Shown one piece after another: positions 60,302 to 64,000 of a stretch of 64,000 nt of DNA. The notes under the pieces are model-generated. The model did no database searches. It saw nothing but the letters and a program-made list of their open reading frames with translations, and had not been told where the DNA came from. Both the position numbers and the translations under genes were made by a program. Numbering within the stretch: the first letter of the stretch is position 1; every line of letters begins with the position of its first letter. Source of the DNA: Klebsormidium nitens (taxonomy: Eukaryota; Plantae; Klebsormidiophyceae); assembly GCA_000708835.1 (NCBI GenBank), contig DF237004.1, positions 203,612 through 267,611 on the forward strand, given 5' to 3'.

Positions 60302-62462
60302 GATAAGACAATCAATCATTAGATGGACGACAAGTGGGTCGTTCAAAAGGTTCTGGTTTCGCTTGGAGAGTGCTAATTGTCATCAAGTGTAGTGGTCTGA
60401 CCTGTGCTTTCGCTTTGACAGCTTGTGATCTGACTGCGGTAATACGTTACAGGCCGGATTATACCCCAGATTTGCAGCAAGTCAGAATCCCGTACGGAAG
60501 TGACAGAAAGGGTTCGGTTTCTTGTTTGGAATATATGTGCAGTCAAATGTGGTTGGCAACCTTTATTGACAGAGTCTGAGGCCAACATACGACTGCCCAT
60601 GGGCGGCTCCTCCGATATCCATGGATGTGATCTTAGTGCCTGTTGTTGCGCATACGTCCCAATATTGCATAAGTGATGTAGTAGCCTAGTCGGTTAGTTG
60701 TGCATGTTGCTTTTAGCCGAGTGGCTAAGGCACTTGCCGTTTAACAAGCTGTCCAAGCTCTTGGAACAAGTTGTCTCAACCCCCAGGTCAATGACGTTGT
60801 CATCCACACCAATGATTCGCGCTACAATTGAGAGCGCAAACCTGTCCAAAGTACGTGGCCAAGCTGCTCAAATCTATGGGGACCTTGCATTCGACCCCGA
60901 GTGGATGACAGTGGCATCAACTATACCAAACATTATATATGCTGAAAACTCTTCAAGGTGGTCAAGCTTATGGAAGCATACTTCTCGCCCCTCAAGCCAA
61001 TGACATGATCCCCCATACTAAGAATAATGCGCTGCTATTAATAGCGCACACTTGCAAGCTGTTGATAGTGCAAAAGAATCTAGAGTGTCCATGCAAGCAA
61101 TTCAAGGTTTTGGGGAAAAGTGGTCTTGACCTCCAAATAATGGCGTCATCGACCATACCAAGCAATATGCGTTCAAATCGATAGTTCAAACATGTATAGC
61201 TGCCGTTCGACGTTTCACTCGGAGGTCAGCCCCTCGAGCATAGCCTGATGCCCGCACCAGGGGCAGGACCTGTCGTGAGGGCACCAATACCACTCTGAAC
61301 CGAACCGTTCCCTCGAGCCTAAGACGGAAGCTGCCACTTCTAGTCTCTAGCTAGCTTGCCAGCTGCCAACTTGCCTCGCAGGTTGAGCAGGTCCTGTAGG
61401 AAAGCGCTGCAAGCACCAAGCGCAAAGTGGTTTAGGCATGGGGTAAGTGATTGCGTCATGGTAGCCTTTCATATTCGGGAGTTGAAATCTAGCGGAAGCT
61501 TTTCTCCGGAGGTGCTTGAGCTTTTGGTGTTTGGGACCAACCAATCTGCTTTGCTGTGCTTCAGAATTTGGAAGCTGTGGTTCTGCTCTGAATTGGTTTG
61601 TGCTTCAGTTCAAATTGAGTCTCTCTTATGTGTGATTGCAGCTGTGATCAGCAGAGGTAATCCATGGCAAGAAGCCCGCTTTGTGGCAGGTCCAAGTCTG
61701 ATTAAAGGGTCTGCCAGGCTGCTCGCTTTGCATGCGCTGCAGAGTACAGGGAGCGCATCTTAATGAGTGTAGAAAGGCAAGAGATTCTGATTGCTACTGT
61801 CAATGCGCGAAGCAATGACACACCTGTCCTTCGCCGTCGGTGCTGCCAAAGAGCAAAGGGATTGAAGCATGAGGGGCAAATTGCTCACAAAGTTTCAGCA
61901 CGCGGGCGCTTCAGCGCTGCTGATCAGAAAGCCAAGCGGCAGGACGTGCGGGTGCTCAAAGAAGCTGTGAATTGTGCTGTGGAACGCGGTAAGTTTGCTT
62001 CTTCAAAAGCTAAGTCTTAAGGTCAGGGGATCACAGGCCCTAGATTTATACCATTGTTTCAGGAACAGAGTGATTTATATCAGGGATTGATAAACTTTCA
62101 TGAAGATGACCAGCAGAATCTTCAGTGGTATGGCTGGACGTGCGTGGGGAATTGTACTAAGCTTTGACCAGTTACTTCTTAGAGCTATCAGTGGGTCATT
62201 TTCTGGTAGATCGCCAGAAGTTGGTGGCATGGCTGGGCTTGGGAGCGAACCAGGTTTTGACCACTTTTCCGTAAGCAAGAGGTGACGGCATGCCTGGGCG
62301 CGCGCAAAAGAATGTACCAAGTTCTGGCCAATTCTTTCTTTAGATATCAATAGGCCATTTCTTGGTACAAAGCCTGAACTTGATGGCATGGCCGGTCCTA
62401 CATGCAGGTGTGTGCGGGTAGGATTGGCCCTGCATGATTCCCTAAGTCTTCTTCTCTTTTCC

Positions 62463-62835
62463 AGACCCGCATGCCATTCGCTGCCGCGAGTGCGACATGA
62501 CCGCAGAGTATGGTCTCCGCGGGGGCAAGAGGGAGGGGCTGTCACATACTTCTGCGAGAGCCATGGCCCATCAAAGGGTTGTTTCAAGATCGACAAGGAC
62601 CGCGCAGGTGAGAGGACACACACACACACCTCCTTTGTGTGCAGCCATCCGCACCTTGACCTTAATCGTTCAGGTCTTTGCATGGCGGCAAGCTGGCTGC
62701 AAGTCCGCATCGTGCCCTTTCTTGTTTGCAGCATGGGTTCAGGGGCGCGAGAAGATGCGGAGGAGTGCAGATTCTGCCTGTCACCAATGGGGGCAGCATC
62801 AGAAGTGGGCAAGGTCATGGACGGCGACAGCAGGT
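62463..62835 (+). pseudogene. Exon-like fragments with Cys-rich motifs, apparently frameshifted
   Basis: An AG/GT-bounded block reads IRCRECDMTAEYGLRG in one frame and GAVTYFCESHGPSKGCFKI in the next. A following exon-like block has EECRFCLSPMG. No complete gene model could be built. Confidence 0.3.
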
Positions 62836-63569
62836 GAGCGCCCAAAATCTGTTGAACGAGAACCTGGTTCAGCACTGTGCCAAGCCACCTGTCACACCAG
62901 TTGGTTGGTAAATAAGGGTGATGTCTGACCTGTGCAACATCTGGAGAGGTTTCAAGCGGCGCCCCAAAAGCGGTGTACCAAGGAAAAGCGTATTGTAATA
63001 CGTCAACTCTGTACTTGTACCAGGAAACGACCTATTACTTCTTAAGAATCCTAATGGGTGTTTCTTGGTCCACAAATGTGGCACGGTTGGTCGGACAGAT
63101 TGCATGCCCTCAACAAGTCTCATGATTTTGAGAACTTCTGCAGGGTTCTGGTGGTCGATCGTGACACCCCAAGAGCAGTTCTGACCCATTCAGTGCCGCC
63201 TTTTCAGAGCCCGCATGCGCTGACCGCAACGCCCACGACAGCCCCCTTGCAACGAACCCCCATGCGACCATTAGCAAGTCAGAGTCGAAGTGCGGTCTTG
63301 GCGCAGCCCGCCATCAGCATGCCGCGAATGACGAGGTGCAGCCCGGGCAGCTTCTCGTCCACCGCGCAGAGGGCCAGTGCGCGCTGTCAAGCGGGAGCGC
63401 CAGGTTTGGGGTTGAGCCCGCTGCCACTAAGAGCGTGCTGGTCAGGAGCGCATTCCAAGGTGAGCGACGACTCCTCGTTTCAAACGTACCCATGCGTGTC
63501 AACTCGTGACAAATTCTGGGAGTGCTGAGAACTGGCACGTCTTTCCCCTCAGACATCGGACATGAAATT

Positions 63570-64000
63570 CTTGGCCTTTTCTCGGTACATCTTGGCAGGT
63601 ATGGTAGGGGCCCCTCAAATACGTTGTGATGCCTTGCAGAGTGCGGGGGTTTGTACCAAGAAAGGCTGTGTTACATCTTCAAAAACAAACGGGCGTTTTC
63701 TGGTACATCCTATAAGGTATGGCTGGGGCCCCTCAAAGATTCTGCAGGGTATGGCCGGCCCCCCAAAAACGGTGTGATGCTTTGCAAAGTGCAAGGCAGT
63801 GTACCAGGAAACGCTGTATTACTCTCCTTAAGAATCTAAGGGCGTCTTTCTGGTCCATCCTGAGGGGTATGGCCGGCCTTGTCCAACAGGCGCATGATCC
63901 GAGCATCCAGCGCACAATCAGCGTGTACCAAGAAACGCTGTGTTACTTTCTTAAGAACATATCGGGCGTTTCGTGGTACATCATGCAGGGTATGGCCTTG
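63570..64000. repeat. Degenerate minisatellite, ~125-145 bp period, running off the window end; a related unit lies at ~62970-63075
   Basis: tgtacca(a/g)gaaa(c/g)gctgt(g/a)ttac..ggcgt..tgg(t)acatc..ggtatggc recurs near 63652, 63800 and 63924, with a related copy near 62975. Confidence 0.75.

Noticed and set aside
60698-62300. Several 60-135 aa ORFs and exon-like blocks after the Crinkler-like gene
   Set aside because: Interrupted by stops in all frames and no family motif recognised; left unannotated.

Overview
This is eukaryotic, intron-rich genomic DNA (GT-AG introns, GC3-rich exons). It is most consistent with a flagellate streptophyte alga such as Klebsormidium; this is an inference from a plant-type VPS13/SHRUBBY gene sitting beside the axonemal gene MNS1. 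Genes in order: 3' part of VPS13/SHRUBBY (+, <1-9412); an unidentified multi-exon SP/TP-rich protein (+, ~13.8-18.9 kb) with a MITE-like insert in one intron; an intronless DUF3626-like gene with an MGC lipid-anchor N-terminus (-, 20133-21008); a divergent TM9SF/EMP70 nonaspanin (+, 22926-27454); MNS1 (-, 28276-36217); a secreted fungal-type (GH13_1-like) alpha-amylase with two apparent splice-site lesions (+, 37414-43931); two tandem Golgi-type carbohydrate sulfotransferases (-, 44712-47306 and 51610-54022) produced by a ~4 kb segmental duplication, separated by a DUF3626 pseudogene split by a ~1.8 kb inversion, with a LINE remnant in copy 2; a Crinkler-like header + P-loop NTPase + restriction-endonuclease-fold gene (+, 55527-60301); and degraded gene fragments plus a minisatellite at the end. 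The most striking unexplained pattern is 'splice-junction echoes'. Introns of VPS13, MNS1 and the amylase contain tandem degenerate copies of the adjacent exon end together with its splice site, and in one case the duplicated stretch is retained as coding sequence on both sides of an intron. No rRNA, tRNA or CRISPR was recognised. All family assignments come from motif recognition by eye, not database searches.
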